Part shown: positions 62,155 through 64,000 of the stretch, piece after piece | Position numbering within the stretch: the stretch's first letter is position 1 | Layout of the letters: each line of letters starts with the position of its first letter | Notes under the pieces: model-generated | What the model was told of the DNA's origin: nothing | Seen by the model: the letters and a program-made list of their open reading frames with translations, nothing else | Database searches by the model: none | Translations under genes and position numbers: made by a program | Source of the DNA: Tubiluchus corallicola | Taxonomy: Eukaryota > Animalia > Priapulida | Reading direction: 5' to 3' | Assembly (NCBI GenBank): GCA_030141605.1 | Contig: JAQGDQ010000584.1 | Span: forward strand, 1-64,000 | DNA length: 64,000 bases

Positions 62155-62898
62155 ATGGGTAGAGCTGTGATTCTCGATGACGCTGTTCATAGCTTTTTAC
62201 GATCTCTGGTCACTGGGAAGTTGTTGAAGTCTGGACTAATAATTGGCCAGGTGAAATGTAAATTCTAATAAATTTGCCAGTTTTATCAGTTTTTTGTCAA
62301 TACCCGGAGTATTTTAGACATTGGATTTTTATTGTAAGTTTTTGGCACAGTAAGTGAAAAAACGTCCTTGTTAATCCAGAAAATCCATTTTCTAGCTAAA
62401 TAACCTCCGTAGTCTCACAGTTGTGGCTGTGTTTTTTTAAGAAATTTAATATAATAGTAAGGAAAAATAATAAGATTTTTTAAGGAAGCAAGAAAATACC
62501 AGTAGTCTCCTCGTACCTCTATATCATCGCGCAACTATGCCTCTACAAAGGATATATGATATTTCATGATACAAGAGTTTATTTGTCTGTCCTAATGAGA
62601 AATTTCTGTTCATGTTTTCCATGATTTTCTTGTGGTTCTAAATGTCTGCAGCCCTTGGTAACACTGTAATTTTACTATGTGCTCCTAGGCCACTGCTGCA
62701 AAGGATTACGTCCTTCATTTGGCCACCACCCCCAAGCAGGATGTCCAAGGCAGCGTTCCGAGCATCAACATTCCCGCCGACCTCTCCCCCACATCCGCCG
62801 TGGGAGGTATGATTCCGACCGGCAGCAAGGACAGTAGAGGCAAAACGGAAGAGGCTGATCTGCTGGATGAGAAATGGATCAGTCAGCACGTCAAACAG
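62155..62898 (+). CDS. ODR4: Protein odr-4 homolog, first two coding exons (62155-62250, 62689-62898); gene continues beyond the window
   Basis: MGRAVILDDAVHSFLRSLVTGKLLKSGLIIGQ|ATAAKDYVLHLATTPKQD...DLLDEKWISQHVKQ| matches the recalled ODR4 N-terminus (MGRT...SGLLIGQ...KDYVILATRTP...LDEEWATEHACQV). Phase-0 GT-AG junctions. Confidence 0.9.
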
Positions 62899-63887
62899 GT
62901 AAGAATATTTAGAGATGTGGCGGTCCTTGGTTCAAATCAAGACCTAGTCATAACCTTTTTTAGATTTTCTTCTCAGTTCAGTAATTCTGTGTTCATTTTA
63001 TCGTGCAGTAACAATATTTCTCATGGTTTATTTCTACTGAGTATTGTTTATGAAAATGTAACTAAAATTTGATAATGTGGCGGTTTCACAGCCAACTGGT
63101 CATGCGCATATATGCCTCACACTAGTGGCTTGTGGTTATTTGCTTTTAGTACTCTCTTTTAGGTGGTTTCACTCACCTTGTCGATTCTAGTTGTTTATCC
63201 CGTTGTCCCCCTGGGACACTACTGTCTGTTCAGTGGCTCATTTTAGAGCAAAAATATTGAGCTGGGCTCCAGTCTTGCCACAAATGTCAACATTGAGTAA
63301 TTGAACCACTGAATGCTGTATTTTAAATGAATTGTTTTTATGAAATACTAACTAAATGTATTTGCTGGCCCACGAGATATTCTCAAAAACGTATGGATGA
63401 TTTCAATCAGTTTTTGTGGCAAGATAACTTGTCCCTCAAGGGAGGCCTCGCTAAATTTTGACAAAATTCGATTGCTTAACAAGAGCTAATAGTTGATCAT
63501 TCAAATCACTGCAATCGTAAAATCAATAACCTTTTTGTTGAGCGCATGTCGTTCTCATGTCTACCTCTGCTTCGACCACCTCTGCCTTTGCGTGTAGCAT
63601 CTCACCTCGCTAAGTTCCTAACCGTATTCAAGAAACTGGAAAACCTAAAAAATAATCGATTTTTCAAGATGGGATCGTCCGTTTTTGTTTCTATACTGCG
63701 TACATTTTTCAGCTTGGTGTTTATAACTGTGTCAGAGGCCGATTATACAAATATCGTGTTTGCCGTTTCAGTGTTCGCCTATCATTTTTTATAATGGTGT
63801 ATTGCTCCTTGGTGATTTAGCTATTGAGTGGATTTTTCTACAAATCTTTGTTCACGTTTTTAACTAACACAGTGACAGTAGCAGCAT

Positions 63888-64000
63888 ACTGTAAGCCTCG
63901 CTTAACGACTCCCCGTTTAGCGATGTTTCATTTTAACGACACTGAATATTCAACACTTTTTTGTTGCTTAACGACATGTTTCATTTTAATCACGATTTTT
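63888..64000. mobile_element. Tigger-like MITE end
   Basis: tactgtaagcctcgcttaacgac, similar to tacagcaagtcttcgcttaacgac near 40134. Confidence 0.4.

Overview
AT-rich, intron-containing animal (probably invertebrate) genomic DNA. Three conserved genes can be reconstructed exon by exon with GT-AG sites and consistent phases. These are ERLIN (+, 8 coding exons, 329 aa), SLC25A16/Graves disease carrier (-, 10 exons, 323 aa, convergent with ERLIN) and the first two exons of ODR4 (+, head-to-head with SLC25A16). The left part holds an unidentified + strand exon and an 857-codon low-complexity minus-strand ORF rich in PPxY and PxIxIT motifs. The most interesting region (16.2-23.6 kb) is a tandem cluster of three two-exon minus-strand genes that the ORF track misses because exon 1 codes only 7 nt. 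They encode Arg/Ser/Tyr-rich protamine-like proteins with divergent Pro-rich tails, and each has an RFX X-box plus CRE promoter. One copy has lost its splice acceptor, and the next AG would switch it to an acidic Val/Asp reading frame. The window also holds about 14 unrelated minisatellites (several starting at splice sites), a full-length 5S rRNA-headed SINE with an RTE-derived tail, L2/RTE LINE fragments and many MITEs. Identifications come from manual translation and recalled family motifs; no searches were run.
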